A stretch of DNA of 64,000 nucleotides from Candidatus Zixiibacteriota bacterium (GCA_036397555.1 DASWIS010000007.1:7583-71582); one strand, 5' to 3'; positions 7,939 to 20,915 are shown, numbered from the stretch's first letter. The notes: generated by a model from the sequence alone, not told the origin. Numbers and translations: made by a program.

Positions 7939-10697
7939 TCGGCAGCACGATTTCTCATTACAAAGTGATCCGCAAGATCGGCGAAGGCGGCATGGGCGTG
8001 GTCTATGAAGCCGAGGACGTCACTCTCAAGCGCACGGTCGCCCTGAAGTTTTTGCCCATCCACGCCCTCGATGATCCCGACCAGCGCGCGCGGCTGATCC
8101 GCGAGGCACAGGCCGCGGCGGCGCTCGACCACATCAACCTGAACACCGTCTACGAAATCGGCGAAGCCGACGGCCAGACCTTCATGGCGATGGCGTATGT
8201 CGAGGGCGACACCTTGCGCCAGAAGATCAAGCGCGGCCCGCTGCCGGTCGGCGAAGCACTCAGCTACGCGATCCAGGTCGCCGCGGGTTTACGCAAAGCG
8301 CACAGCCAGGGGATCGTCCACCGCGACATCAAGCCCGGCAACGTGCTGATCACTCCCGAAGGGATCGTCAAACTCGTCGACTTCGGACTGGCCAAGTTAG
8401 CCGGCGCCACCGGCCTGACCCGGACCGACTCGACTCTGGGCACAGCGGCCTACATGTCGCCCGAGCAGGCCAAGGGCGACCGCGTCGATCATCGCTGCGA
8501 CATCTGGTCGCTGGGTGTCATCCTCTATGAAATGCTCGCCGGGAAGCTGCCGTTTCGCGGCGAACACGAAGCGGTGGTCATCTACTCGATCTTAAACGAG
8601 GACTACCAGCCGCTCCGCCAAGTCCGCCCCGAGGTTTCCGAAGAGATCGATGCAATTCTGGCCAGGGCGCTGGCGAAGAAACGCGACGACCGCTACGCCC
8701 AGGTCGAGGAGATGCTCAATGACCTGCGGGGGCTGCATCACGAGACCCCCGCCGATGTCACCGGCCCGGTCGGGACTGTGCGCACGACCAAGACGATTGA
8801 ACCACTGAAACCGCGTCGCCCGTTGGTAATGGTCGCAATTGTGGCCGCGCTGGTCGTCGTATTCCTCGGTGGGCTGTGGTACGCGACTCTGCGTCCGCGC
8901 TCGGAAGGAGAATCGGCCACGAGTGGATTGTGGGATCCCGATGATCCGTATCATCCGCCGCTGTTGGTGCCGCCGGGCTATGTCGACCGCACCGACGAGG
9001 ACGCACCGATGACTCTGGAGGGTGACTCGGCGCTGTTGGCGGCGTTCGACTCGTTGGCCGCCGACTCGATGGCCGCCGATACGGCGGGCGGCCCGCCGTT
9101 GATCGCCGTCCTGTATCTGGAGAATCTCGGCGGCAATGCGAGCGAGGCCTACTTTGCCGCCGGTGTGACTGAGGATATCATCGGCGATCTCTCGAATCTG
9201 AAAGGGTTGCGCGTCCTCTCTCGCCATCATGTTCTGCCTTACCGGGGTAAAAACTTCGACATCCGAAACATCGGCACGACCCTCGGTGTCGACTACGTGC
9301 TGGAAGGATCGATTCAGCGCGAGCGCGACCAGTTGCGCGTCAACACGCGCTTGGTGCGCGCCGACGACGGCACGCTGGAGTGGAACCAGCGGTTCGACCG
9401 CGCAGTGTCCGACATCTTCGCCGTGCAAAGTGAGATCGCCTCGGCGGTCACCGAGGCCATGAAAGTCCAGCTCGCCGATGACGAACGCGAGCGTCTCGAG
9501 CGTCCGCCGACCACCGACATTCGCGCCTACGAATACTATCTGAAGGCCCGTGAGTATCTGGCCAAGCGATCGGTCGAAGACAACAAGAACGCCGAAAGGG
9601 AATTCACTCGCGCCCTCGAACGCGACAAGCGATTTGCCGAGGCCATGGTCGGACTGGCCGAAACAAATCTGCAGAAAATCGACTGGGGCTTCGATATCGA
9701 TCCGAAGTACATCGCCGAGGCTGAACGCCTGCTGAATGAGGCACGTCAAATCGACCCGCGTTCGCCCGATCTGTACCACGCGCAAAGCACGCTCTACCGC
9801 CTGACCGGTCGATCAGCCAGAGCCATCGAATCGGCCGGTGAGTTGGTGAGGATCAAACCCAACGATGCCGGTACCCGGTACACGCTGGGCATTTGCTACA
9901 GCGTCGACCGACAAAATGAACGGGCGCGCGCCGCTTTTGCCGAATGCCTCAAACTTGATCCTGATCACGCCGACGCCTACCGCTGGCTTGGTCACATCGC
10001 CTTTTGGTCCGGGCAACGTAAGCAAGCGGAGAAAGACTACACGCGCGCGTTGCAGGCCAATCCCGATGCCCCTCACCTGCGCTTCACTCTCGGCTGGTTC
10101 TATATGCAGGTCGCCTGGTTCGGACAGGCCGAAACCGAAATCGAAATGGCGCGCAAGCTGAAACCCGAGACACCGCTCTACGACGCAGCATTGGGGCATT
10201 TGCGCCTTCTGCAGGGAAAAACCGACGAGGCGATCGATCTGCTCAAACGCGCCTCCGACAGAGCGCAGATTCCCGGTGCCTTTTGGAATCTGGGTTGGGC
10301 GTATCGCGCCAACGGCAAGGACCGCGACGCGCAACGTGCCTTTGAGCGCGCGCTCAAGATCGATATGGCCGCCACGGCCATCGACCCGACCTCGGCGGAA
10401 CCCGCCTATCGAGCACTGTGGGCGCGCTGTCTGCTGGGCCAGGAAAGCGATCCGTTGACCGCCATCGCCGGTCTCGATGCACGCGATCTGAAATCTCCCA
10501 ACCAGGTCACACGCCCCTACTACGCCGCCGGCATTTATGCGACCATCGGCGATCAGGCGCGCGCCAACGATCAGATCCAGGCGCTGCTGAAGAAGAATGT
10601 CATCGCCAAAGAGTATCTGGCCGCCGATCCGGCCTTCACGCGCATGCAGAACAACACAGATTTCCGCAACTTGGTCGGACTCGGCCCACCCAACTGA
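7935..10697 (+). CDS. Ser/Thr protein kinase, membrane-spanning, TolB-N-like and TPR ectodomain
   Basis: HRDIKPGNVL, DFGLA and YMSPEQ are present. The TM segment is LVMVAIVAALVVVFLGGLWY. The start overlaps the previous stop (ATGA). Confidence 0.9.
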   Translation: MIGSTISHYKVIRKIGEGGMGVVYEAEDVTLKRTVALKFLPIHALDDPDQRARLIREAQAAAALDHINLNTVYEIGEADGQTFMAMAYVEGDTLRQKIKRGPLPVGEALSYAIQVAAGLRKAHSQGIVHRDIKPGNVLITPEGIVKLVDFGLAKLAGATGLTRTDSTLGTAAYMSPEQAKGDRVDHRCDIWSLGVILYEMLAGKLPFRGEHEAVVIYSILNEDYQPLRQVRPEVSEEIDAILARALAKKRDDRYAQVEEMLNDLRGLHHETPADVTGPVGTVRTTKTIEPLKPRRPLVMVAIVAALVVVFLGGLWYATLRPRSEGESATSGLWDPDDPYHPPLLVPPGYVDRTDEDAPMTLEGDSALLAAFDSLAADSMAADTAGGPPLIAVLYLENLGGNASEAYFAAGVTEDIIGDLSNLKGLRVLSRHHVLPYRGKNFDIRNIGTTLGVDYVLEGSIQRERDQLRVNTRLVRADDGTLEWNQRFDRAVSDIFAVQSEIASAVTEAMKVQLADDERERLERPPTTDIRAYEYYLKAREYLAKRSVEDNKNAEREFTRALERDKRFAEAMVGLAETNLQKIDWGFDIDPKYIAEAERLLNEARQIDPRSPDLYHAQSTLYRLTGRSARAIESAGELVRIKPNDAGTRYTLGICYSVDRQNERARAAFAECLKLDPDHADAYRWLGHIAFWSGQRKQAEKDYTRALQANPDAPHLRFTLGWFYMQVAWFGQAETEIEMARKLKPETPLYDAALGHLRLLQGKTDEAIDLLKRASDRAQIPGAFWNLGWAYRANGKDRDAQRAFERALKIDMAATAIDPTSAEPAYRALWARCLLGQESDPLTAIAGLDARDLKSPNQVTRPYYAAGIYATIGDQARANDQIQALLKKNVIAKEYLAADPAFTRMQNNTDFRNLVGLGPPN

Positions 10698-10721
10698 TCG
10701 ATCGCCCGGCACACAGACGCC

Positions 10722-13310
10722 ATGATCGGCCAGACGGTCGCGCAATACCGCATCCTCGAAACACTCGGGGCAGGGGGGATGGGAGAGGTCTATCTGGCGC
10801 TCGATACCAAGCTCGACCGCCAGGTCGCGCTGAAATTTCTGCCGCGCCACTTCAGCATCGAGCCGGAGGCGCGGGCGCGTTTCGAACGCGAGGCGCGCGC
10901 CCTGGCGGCGCTCAATCATCCCAATATCGTGACCGTCTTCGATGTCAGTGCGCACGACGGCCAGCCGTACATCGCGATGGAATATGTAAACGGCCGTTCC
11001 GCGCAGGAACACGCGGCGAAAGCCGGAGCCGATCAGATTCTCGATGTCGCCATCCAGCTCGCCGAGGGACTGGCGGCCGCGCACAAAGCGGGGATCGTCC
11101 ACCGCGATATCAAGTCCGACAACGTCGTGGTCACCGCCGACGGACGCGTTAAGATCATGGACTTCGGCCTGGCGCTGTGGCGCGGCGGCGAACAAATCAC
11201 CCGGGCCGGATCGACGGTCGGCACGGCCGCGTACATGTCGCCGGAGCAAGTGCAGGGCGGCGCGGTCGACCAACGCACCGATTTGTGGTCGTTCGGCGTC
11301 GTGCTCTATGAAATGCTCTGCGGGCGGCGCCCTTTCACCGGTGAACACACCGCGGCGCTCACCTACGCGATCACGAGCACCACGCCCGAGCCGCTGGCGC
11401 GGTATAAGTCGGACCTCCCCGACGTCTGGCAGCGCATCGTCACCAAATGCCTCGCGAAACACCCCGACGAGCGCTACCAATCCGCCGCTGACATCGCCGC
11501 CGATCTGCGCGCGCTGAAGACCGCTTCGACGATTCACGCAGCGACACGACCGCCATCCCGGACAAGGGCCCGCGTCGTCGCCGGAGCAACGATCGTCGTC
11601 TTGCTGGCGGCCGCCGCCGTGCTGATGTCGCGATTGGTCCGGACAACGGACGACGCGGCCACCGCGCCGGAACGCATCATGCTCGCGGTCCTGCCGTTTG
11701 AAAATCTCGGGTCCGACGAACAGGAATACTTCGCCGACGGCATCACTGAGGAAATCACCGCGCGGCTGGCGCGGTTGCACGGTTTGGGCGTCATCTCGCG
11801 CACCAGCGCCATTCAATACAAAAAGTCAACCAAGCCGATGCAAACCATCGGTGAGGAACTGGGTGTCGATTACATCCTCGAAGGTACGATCCGCTGGGAC
11901 CGATCCGGTGAAACCGACCAGGTGCGCATCACGCCGCAGCTCATCCATGTCAAAGACGACACACACCTCTGGGCCGACAGCTACGAGCGACCGCTGACAC
12001 AGGTCTTCGCGCTGCAGTCGGAGATCGCCGGCCAGGTCGCCGCGGCATTGAACGTCACATTGCTGGAGCCGGAACGGCGCGCGCTGGAATCGGTCCCGAC
12101 ACAGAATCTCGAGGCGTACGATCTGTACCTGCAGGCGACAGACTATTTGAACCAGCCGTACGAGGATCAATCGAACCGACTGGCCCGGGAGCTGTTGCGG
12201 CGCGCTATAGCGCTCGACTCTGGATTTGCGCTGGCGTACGCGCAGTTGTCACACGCGTACGCGATTCGCTACTGGTGGGGCGGGGATCTCTCTCATGAAA
12301 TGCGCGACAGCATCAGAGCATACAGCGATCGTGCGCTGCAGCTCGATCCCGATCTGGCAGAAGGACACATTGCGCGGGGTCTTTACTATTACTGGGGATT
12401 CCGCGACTACGCACAGGCCCTGGCGGAGCTGCGGCTCGGTGAGGACGCACACCCCGCCGGGACCAGTATGCTCATCGGCGCCATTAGCCGCCGCCAGGGG
12501 CGGTGGACCGAATCGGAGAAGTACCTCCGCCGCGCCGCCGAACTCAGCCCGCGCGACGGCCGCTGGGCGATGGAGTACGGATACACGCTGTTGCTCATGC
12601 GCCGATACGCGGATGCCGCCAGGTGGTTTGACCGCACCGTAGTGCTGCTGCCCCGATTCGCCATGGGGTATGACGACCGCGGCTGGGCGCGCCTGGGCGG
12701 CGATGGCGATCTGACGCAAGCCGAAGTGGAATTGCGGAGCGCCGCATCGGCGGTGCCGGGACGGTTGGATTATTCCCTGGCGCAGATCCGCGAATGGAAG
12801 CGCGACTACGATTCGGCGCGCGCACTGGCAACGATGGATGCCGTGATGCGGGCCTACGGCGCCGACTCTGTCACGTATTACATGTTCCAGGCGCGCCTCG
12901 GCATGCACCAGCAGCGCGATTCGCTCAAGCTGGCCTATGCCGATTCCGCGATCACGCTGTTGCAGCGCCGTGTCGCCCAATACCGGGATAATGCCGAACA
13001 ACATGCACGGCTGGCGTACACCCTGGGCATGAGGGGACGCCATGACGAGGCATTGGCCGCCGCGCAAAGGGCGGCCGAACTGGTGCCCCTCTCACGGGAC
13101 GCGGTGGACGGCTCCGGCTATGTGCGGACCCTGGCGGAAGTATACACTATGATGGATGACCACGACCGGGCCATCGAGCTGCTGGATCAGCTGCTTTCGA
13201 TTCCGTCGCTGTTGTCATATCACGATCTGCGCCTGAATCCTTTCTGGGACCCGCTGCGCGAGGATCCCCGCTTCCAGGCGCTGATCGACCGCGGCCATGT
13301 GGTGTTTTAG
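10722..13310 (+). CDS. Ser/Thr protein kinase, membrane-spanning, TolB-N-like and TPR ectodomain
   Basis: HRDIKSDNVV, DFGLA and YMSPEQ are present. The TM segment is VVAGATIVVLLAAAAVLM, followed by LAVLPFENLGSDEQEYFADGITEEI. Confidence 0.9.
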   Translation: MIGQTVAQYRILETLGAGGMGEVYLALDTKLDRQVALKFLPRHFSIEPEARARFEREARALAALNHPNIVTVFDVSAHDGQPYIAMEYVNGRSAQEHAAKAGADQILDVAIQLAEGLAAAHKAGIVHRDIKSDNVVVTADGRVKIMDFGLALWRGGEQITRAGSTVGTAAYMSPEQVQGGAVDQRTDLWSFGVVLYEMLCGRRPFTGEHTAALTYAITSTTPEPLARYKSDLPDVWQRIVTKCLAKHPDERYQSAADIAADLRALKTASTIHAATRPPSRTRARVVAGATIVVLLAAAAVLMSRLVRTTDDAATAPERIMLAVLPFENLGSDEQEYFADGITEEITARLARLHGLGVISRTSAIQYKKSTKPMQTIGEELGVDYILEGTIRWDRSGETDQVRITPQLIHVKDDTHLWADSYERPLTQVFALQSEIAGQVAAALNVTLLEPERRALESVPTQNLEAYDLYLQATDYLNQPYEDQSNRLARELLRRAIALDSGFALAYAQLSHAYAIRYWWGGDLSHEMRDSIRAYSDRALQLDPDLAEGHIARGLYYYWGFRDYAQALAELRLGEDAHPAGTSMLIGAISRRQGRWTESEKYLRRAAELSPRDGRWAMEYGYTLLLMRRYADAARWFDRTVVLLPRFAMGYDDRGWARLGGDGDLTQAEVELRSAASAVPGRLDYSLAQIREWKRDYDSARALATMDAVMRAYGADSVTYYMFQARLGMHQQRDSLKLAYADSAITLLQRRVAQYRDNAEQHARLAYTLGMRGRHDEALAAAQRAAELVPLSRDAVDGSGYVRTLAEVYTMMDDHDRAIELLDQLLSIPSLLSYHDLRLNPFWDPLREDPRFQALIDRGHVVF

Positions 13311-14545
13311 GGCACGTGCCCGCCGTGATCACGCCACTGTCGCAGCAGATCGTCTTCCGACGGCTGCTCGAGTTTTTCTGTTGGGGCATACCGTGATGGA
13401 ACATGCCGGTTATCGCGCGAGACCACGCCGACGACGTAAAGAAACTCCGTGATCCGCTCGACTAATTGCCACGGCAGTCCGAGATCCCATGACAGTTGGG
13501 CGGTCGTCACACCGTCGTCGGCTTTGCGCGTGACGAACGCCTGTCGCACCGCGATCGCTGAGCGTTCGATTGACGCCGGCGACAGCCCGGCAATGGAATG
13601 CTTCGGCATGTAGGCGCCGCGACGCTGCCAGGCAAAGGCGATCTGCGCGCCGATGAAAAAGATCGTCCAGCTCAGGTAGAGCCAGAACAGCAACAGGGGA
13701 ATCTGTGCCAAAAAACCCCACGCCGCGCGAAAGGTGTCGGCTGCGAATTGGAAGTTGAGGTACAGTTCGAGCGTCAGCCGCCACATCAGCGCCGCCGCCG
13801 CACCGCCGATGAGCGCCGCCGATTTTTGCACCGGCCCGGTCGGCATGGCATAGTAAAACACGGCGAACAGCCCCCAAGTCACCAACGAGGGGATCAGCCC
13901 GAAGAGCGATGGCAGCTCTCCCAGGATGGGTTGGAGCCATCGTCCCCATTCGCCCCACAACGGCAACGTCGAAATCAGCGCCCGCGAATTCGCCTCGGCC
14001 AGTGCTCCCGACAGCAGCGCAACGGCGATGACGCTCGGGGCAATCAGCAGGATGAGCGGATAGGCCAGCGCCGGGCGCAGCCACTGCCCAGCCCCCAAAG
14101 GGAACTTTCGGCGGCGCCGGACTACCCAGATTGCATCGAAATCGAGTTCCAGCCGCACCATAATCAACACCCCGGCGAGGATGCTGCCGGCGATGCCGAT
14201 GTATCCCAGCGCGGTCAAGTCGACTTCGGCGATGGCGCGAATAAGACGCCCCGCCAGACGCGGCGCCGTCGGACTCAGATGCCGACTCAACCAATCGACA
14301 AGATACTGCTGCCATCCCAGCCGTGACGTGAGCGCCAGCGCGACCGCGCCGAGCGGCAGCATGTCAAGCAGTGTCAAATAGGCATAGTACCCGCACTTGA
14401 CCCAGATCGCATCGACGAACACTCCCCGTACGACGGTGCTGACGCCGCACAGAACCCGTGGGCCCATTCCACCGCTTGTGCGCGCACGGTCCCACAACCC
14501 AATATCCAGTCGTGCGAATCTTTTCAGCATGCGATCACGACTCAA
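13307..14545 (-). CDS. YihY/BrkB-family membrane protein with C-terminal soluble extension
   Basis: Polytopic ORF whose N-terminal YYAYLTLLDMLPL region resembles the YihY signature. It overlaps the convergent kinase stop by 4 nt. Confidence 0.65.
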   Translation of the reverse strand: MSRDRMLKRFARLDIGLWDRARTSGGMGPRVLCGVSTVVRGVFVDAIWVKCGYYAYLTLLDMLPLGAVALALTSRLGWQQYLVDWLSRHLSPTAPRLAGRLIRAIAEVDLTALGYIGIAGSILAGVLIMVRLELDFDAIWVVRRRRKFPLGAGQWLRPALAYPLILLIAPSVIAVALLSGALAEANSRALISTLPLWGEWGRWLQPILGELPSLFGLIPSLVTWGLFAVFYYAMPTGPVQKSAALIGGAAAALMWRLTLELYLNFQFAADTFRAAWGFLAQIPLLLFWLYLSWTIFFIGAQIAFAWQRRGAYMPKHSIAGLSPASIERSAIAVRQAFVTRKADDGVTTAQLSWDLGLPWQLVERITEFLYVVGVVSRDNRHVPSRYAPTEKLEQPSEDDLLRQWRDHGGHVP

Positions 14546-14789
14546 GTCAGAAATATCGCCGTATCATCGTCGATGAACCGGCGATGGCGACAAGATGATA
14601 CGCCCCGAACCGGGGGTGATTCGCCAGGATCGGGATAAATAGAAGGGAGTTCATCGGCACGCGTTCGCACGACCACGAAAGGCACACGGCAGTGACACGC
14701 TGAATGTCTCGCGCAAGACGCTGTCGTCAAAGCAACAATGCATCGTGCAAAAATGATCGCGCGCCGTGCGCCCTGCGCCGATTTCATCG

Positions 14790-15110
14790 AAGATTGCTTA
14801 AAGTAAAATATCATGCCTGCAAGATGTTGGAGTCAAAGCGCTACAGCGCACATGGGTTCTGCACAAGCAAATCTCCTTGACTTGCCGGGCGTCCGCGTGC
14901 CACTATCGGTTGTAAACTTGTTGTGCCTTAATGCTTTAACTTTTGGTGTGGGTAAGGTGTCTGCTGCGGAAAATAGGGTTGCTCGCGCTCTGAATTTGAC
15001 GACGGGACCTGTTTTGAGAAGTACTTCATGATGTGTTAATAACCCGTCCGGAATAGTCGTTACCGCCGCCTTATCCGCTTTTCAGTCAACGTCATCGTTG
15101 CTCCGCTGGC
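14790..15110. other. Candidate oriC segment upstream of dnaA (weak)
   Basis: AT-rich ATTGCTTAAAGTAAAATATCATG (14793-14815). DnaA-box-like TGTGGGTAA (14947-14955, 1 mismatch) and TTATCCGCT (15071-15079, 2 mismatches). The surrounding spacer of about 650 bp has no convincing ORF. Confidence 0.3.
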
Positions 15111-15199
15111 GCGTGGACAACGTGTGGGCAGATGAAGAACCCGGCCGATACCCGGCGCTTGTCGCCGGCGGAAACCGAGTATTGGGGGAATCCGAATCA

Positions 15200-16630
15200 A
15201 TGAACGATCCACAGCAGCAGACGGACATCTGGAATGGGTGTTTGACCTACATCGAAGAGAGACTTCCGCGACAGATCTTCTACACGTGGTTGAAGCCGGT
15301 ACGACTGACACAAGTCGACGACCACGCCGCTACCGTTTGTGTGCCGAACCGCTTTGTCGCCGGCTGGATTAAGGACCGCTATCTCGCCCTAATCGACGAG
15401 GCGCTCCAGGCGGTCACCGGACGAACCATCAAGACCACATTGACGGTCGCCGCAAACGGCAACGGCCTTGAGTTTCTCCCGCCGCCGTTGCCGGAGCGAG
15501 AATCCTCGACTTCGGACGATGATGATCCCGGCCGGCCGGACATGCCGGCCCCGTCGTGGCGGGCGGTCCTCGTGCGCGATCCCAGCGAAGGACGCGCCCG
15601 GGCGCAATTGAATCCCGACTTCACTTTCGATAATTTCGTGGTCGGCGAATCGAACCGCCTGGCGCACGCCGCATCCCGGGCGGTGGCTGACAACCCCGGG
15701 CGCACCAAGTACAACCCGCTGTTCATCTATGGGCCGGTCGGGATGGGCAAGACGCACCTGGCGCACGCCATCGGCAACGCGCTCAACGAGAAAGGACGGC
15801 GCTCGCGCGTGCTCTATGCCGCCTCCGAGACCTTCGTCAACGATTTCATCAACTCGTTGGCGCAGAAGCGCGCCGCGGAGTTTGCGACCTATTACCGTTC
15901 GGTCGACGTGCTCCTGATCGACGACATCCAGTTTCTGGCCGGGAAAGAGTCGACGCAGGAGCAGTTTTTCCACACGTTCAACACGCTCCACCAAAACGGC
16001 AAGCAGCTCGTGCTCACCGCCGACCGTCCGCCGCATGCCATTGCGGGGCTGGAAGAACGCCTCCTGTCGCGTTTTCAATGGGGCCTGACCGCAGATATCG
16101 GGATGCCCGACTACGAGACGCGCCTGGCGATCCTGCGCAAGAAGATCGACGCCGATACACCCGCACCCAGTCATGATGTTCTGGAGTACATCGCCCAGAA
16201 CGCCTCCGCGAGCATCCGTCAGCTCGAGGGTGCGCTTGTCCGTGTCGTGGCATATGGATCTTTACAGAAACAGCCGGTCACACTCGATGTCGCGCGGCGG
16301 CTGCTAAAGGACTCCATGCCGCCGGCCCGGAAGCTGCTGACCATCGAACGGATCCGGGCAGCGGTAGCACGCCGTTTCAATGTCCCCGAATCGCTTCTGG
16401 TGTCCAAGCGCCGTACGCAGGAGGTCGCCATCGCCCGGCAGGTGGTCATGTATCTGGCCCGCACCCTGACCGGTATGTCGCTGAAAGCCATCGGACGGGC
16501 ATTGGGCGGCCGGGATCACTCGACGGTCATCCATGCGGTCAAACTGGTGCGGGACACGATGGATATTAATGGCGACTTTCGCTGCCAGGTCGATGAGACC
16601 ATTACTGATTTGCACCGCGAAGCGGCCTGA
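15200..16630 (+). CDS. dnaA: Chromosomal replication initiator protein DnaA
   Basis: FIYGPVGMGKTHL, LLIDDIQFLAGKESTQEQFFHTFN and the C-terminal DnaA-box-binding helix (GGRDHSTVIHA) are present. The start was set at ATG 15200 (MNDPQQQTDIWNGCL). Confidence 0.95.
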   Translation: MNDPQQQTDIWNGCLTYIEERLPRQIFYTWLKPVRLTQVDDHAATVCVPNRFVAGWIKDRYLALIDEALQAVTGRTIKTTLTVAANGNGLEFLPPPLPERESSTSDDDDPGRPDMPAPSWRAVLVRDPSEGRARAQLNPDFTFDNFVVGESNRLAHAASRAVADNPGRTKYNPLFIYGPVGMGKTHLAHAIGNALNEKGRRSRVLYAASETFVNDFINSLAQKRAAEFATYYRSVDVLLIDDIQFLAGKESTQEQFFHTFNTLHQNGKQLVLTADRPPHAIAGLEERLLSRFQWGLTADIGMPDYETRLAILRKKIDADTPAPSHDVLEYIAQNASASIRQLEGALVRVVAYGSLQKQPVTLDVARRLLKDSMPPARKLLTIERIRAAVARRFNVPESLLVSKRRTQEVAIARQVVMYLARTLTGMSLKAIGRALGGRDHSTVIHAVKLVRDTMDINGDFRCQVDETITDLHREAA

Positions 16631-16655
16631 TGTGGACGGTATGGGTAGAATCGTG

Positions 16656-16685
16656 TTGACTGTTTTGCCAGTCGACGTTTACAAT
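16656..16685 (+). promoter_or_regulatory. Sigma70-like promoter candidate for dnaN
   Basis: TTGACT (16656-16661), 17-18 nt spacer, TACAAT (16680-16685). Confidence 0.4.
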
Positions 16686-16909
16686 CGCAGTGCCAACACC
16701 TGATGTGCACAGCGCGGGACAGTATCCGGAAAGCGTCCACATCGCGAGTATTCCATAACCGATGTCTAATCTCTTGTTTACACGAGCAAAGCGCCTTAAT
16801 CCACCATCATCAACACGATTATGAGTATTGTGTCTTTAAGATTTTACTTCTGTAATAAAAGCAACGCTGTTGACAATCCGGCACCGACCGGCTCAAGGAG
16901 AAACACACG

Positions 16910-18025
16910 ATGAAGCTCTCTGTCCAATGCCACGAGCTGTCCTCCCGTCTGCAGACCATACTCACTGTCGTGTCCGCGCGGACAACTCTGCCGGTGCTGG
17001 GAAACATTCTTCTGAAAGCGGATAACGATGCGCTGGCCTTGTCGGCAACCGATCTGGATTTGTCGATTGCCTGTTCGATTCCGGCACAGGTCGCCAAGCC
17101 GGGAAGCACGACAGTCCCCGCGCGCATGCTCGCCGAGATCGTACGTGAGTTGACAGACGAGAGTGTCAACATCTCCGTGACCAATCACCGCATGGAGATC
17201 AAGGCGGGACGGGGTGTCTACAAGCTCAGCGGCATGTCGCCCGAAGAGTTTCCGCGTTTGCCGGCGCTGCCCGACACAACGCCGATTACGATACCCGCCG
17301 ACCAGTTGCGCATGGTTGTGCAGAAGACCGCCTATGCCGCCTCGACCGATGATACGCGTCCGGCGCTCAACGGCATCCTCTGGCACTCCAACGGCGAGGG
17401 AGTCTATGTCGTGGCCACCGACGGGCACCGTTTGGCGCGTGTCATGCTCCCGGCCAACTATTTGTCGGGGATCAATCGCGAGCTCATCATCCCCCCCAAG
17501 GCGCTGGGTCTGGTGCTGAAGGTGGTCGGTGAGTCGGAGAGCGATGTCAGAATTCAACTCGGAGAAAAGACGGTCGTCTTCTCCATCGACAACACGGTGA
17601 TCACATCGCGACTGATCGAGGGACCGTATCCGAAATACCAGCAGGTCATCCCCAAGGACAACGACAAGTTCCTGACGGTCGACAGCGAGACATTGGCGCA
17701 GGCGGTCAAACGCGTCGCCGTGCTCTCCAATTCCCTGACGCACCAGGTGAAGTTTTCGGTGTCGCAGGGCGCGATCGAGCTGTCGGCGACCAATCAGGAT
17801 GTCGGCGGCGAAGCGCGCGAGACGGTGCCGTGCCAGTACGACAAGGACGATCTGGAAATCGGTTACAACGCCGTTTACATCCTCGATATCCTCAAATCGG
17901 TCGGGCCCGGTGACGTTGTCTTTGAACTCGCCACCTCGGTGTCTGCCGGTCTGATTCACGCCGCCGATGACCAGCGCAAGAAAGAACACCTCTGTCTGGT
18001 GATGCCGCTGCGATTGGCCGATTGA
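16910..18025 (+). CDS. dnaN: DNA polymerase III beta sliding clamp
   Basis: 371 aa with a typical clamp N-terminus (MKLSVQCHELSSRLQTILTVVSARTTLPVLGNILL). AAGGAG lies upstream. Confidence 0.95.
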   Translation: MKLSVQCHELSSRLQTILTVVSARTTLPVLGNILLKADNDALALSATDLDLSIACSIPAQVAKPGSTTVPARMLAEIVRELTDESVNISVTNHRMEIKAGRGVYKLSGMSPEEFPRLPALPDTTPITIPADQLRMVVQKTAYAASTDDTRPALNGILWHSNGEGVYVVATDGHRLARVMLPANYLSGINRELIIPPKALGLVLKVVGESESDVRIQLGEKTVVFSIDNTVITSRLIEGPYPKYQQVIPKDNDKFLTVDSETLAQAVKRVAVLSNSLTHQVKFSVSQGAIELSATNQDVGGEARETVPCQYDKDDLEIGYNAVYILDILKSVGPGDVVFELATSVSAGLIHAADDQRKKEHLCLVMPLRLAD

Positions 18026-18223
18026 GGTCACGCGCGTTGGCCTGCCCTCGTAACGCATTGTTGCACTATGCGTTGCGACCGCATCCGTAGCAAGATTGTC
18101 CTTGCCGCCCTTCTAACTCCTTTGTAGACTATACACTTAGACAGCGCGGCCGGGGGTCACCGCGGGGCCAAGCGCACCGTCAGGCAACTTCGACCCGCCA
18201 TCACTCGACCATGCTCGGGACAA

Positions 18224-20589
<2,366 letters not shown>

Positions 20590-20614
20590 GCGCTTCCTCT
20601 TCAGAGTGTCGACC

Positions 20615-20646
20615 GGCGTCACGCCATCGTGGGTGACGCCGTTTTA
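20615..20646 (+). terminator. Hairpin terminator candidate after gyrB
   Basis: GGCGTCAC pairs with GTGACGCC (8-bp stem), followed by GTTTT. Confidence 0.5.
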
Positions 20647-20738
20647 ATGTTTGCACCCGACTTCGAACGTACCGTGTATTCGGCGTGTACGATGATCGTT
20701 ATGGCGAATCTGTCGACCGGGACTCACGGAGGTGACCG

Positions 20739-20915
20739 TTGGCATCGGGAAAGAACTGGTATGGATTGGCGATTGGACTTCTGATCATCTCAATGCTGCA
20801 CTTGGCCTTCGTCGATTACGACAAGTCGGTGTATTACGCCTTGCTGGAAGGAATCTGGGCGCTGGGGTGTCTGATCATGGGGGTGCGCGCGGAGTTGCTG
20901 CAGAAAAACAAATGA
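20739..20915 (+). CDS. Small two-TM membrane protein (58 aa), absent from the ORF track
   Basis: A TTG start lies 6 nt after GGAGG (20728-20732). Two hydrophobic helices are WYGLAIGLLIISMLHLAFV and YYALLEGIWALGCLIMGV. Third-position GC is about 70%, versus about 40% for the overlapping listed ORF 20732-20929. Confidence 0.45.
   Translation: MASGKNWYGLAIGLLIISMLHLAFVDYDKSVYYALLEGIWALGCLIMGVRAELLQKNK

Noticed and set aside
9813-11816. Very long opposite-strand ORFs. Examples are 9813-11816 (667 aa), 16844-18058, 19183-20622, 24787-25848, 30842-32206, 8592-9785 and 2558-3595.
   Set aside because: They lie antisense to genes with unmistakable motifs (kinases, dnaN, gyrB, CNNM and others). They are Arg/Gly/Pro/Ala-rich and have no recognisable domains, as expected for shadow ORFs in high-GC DNA.
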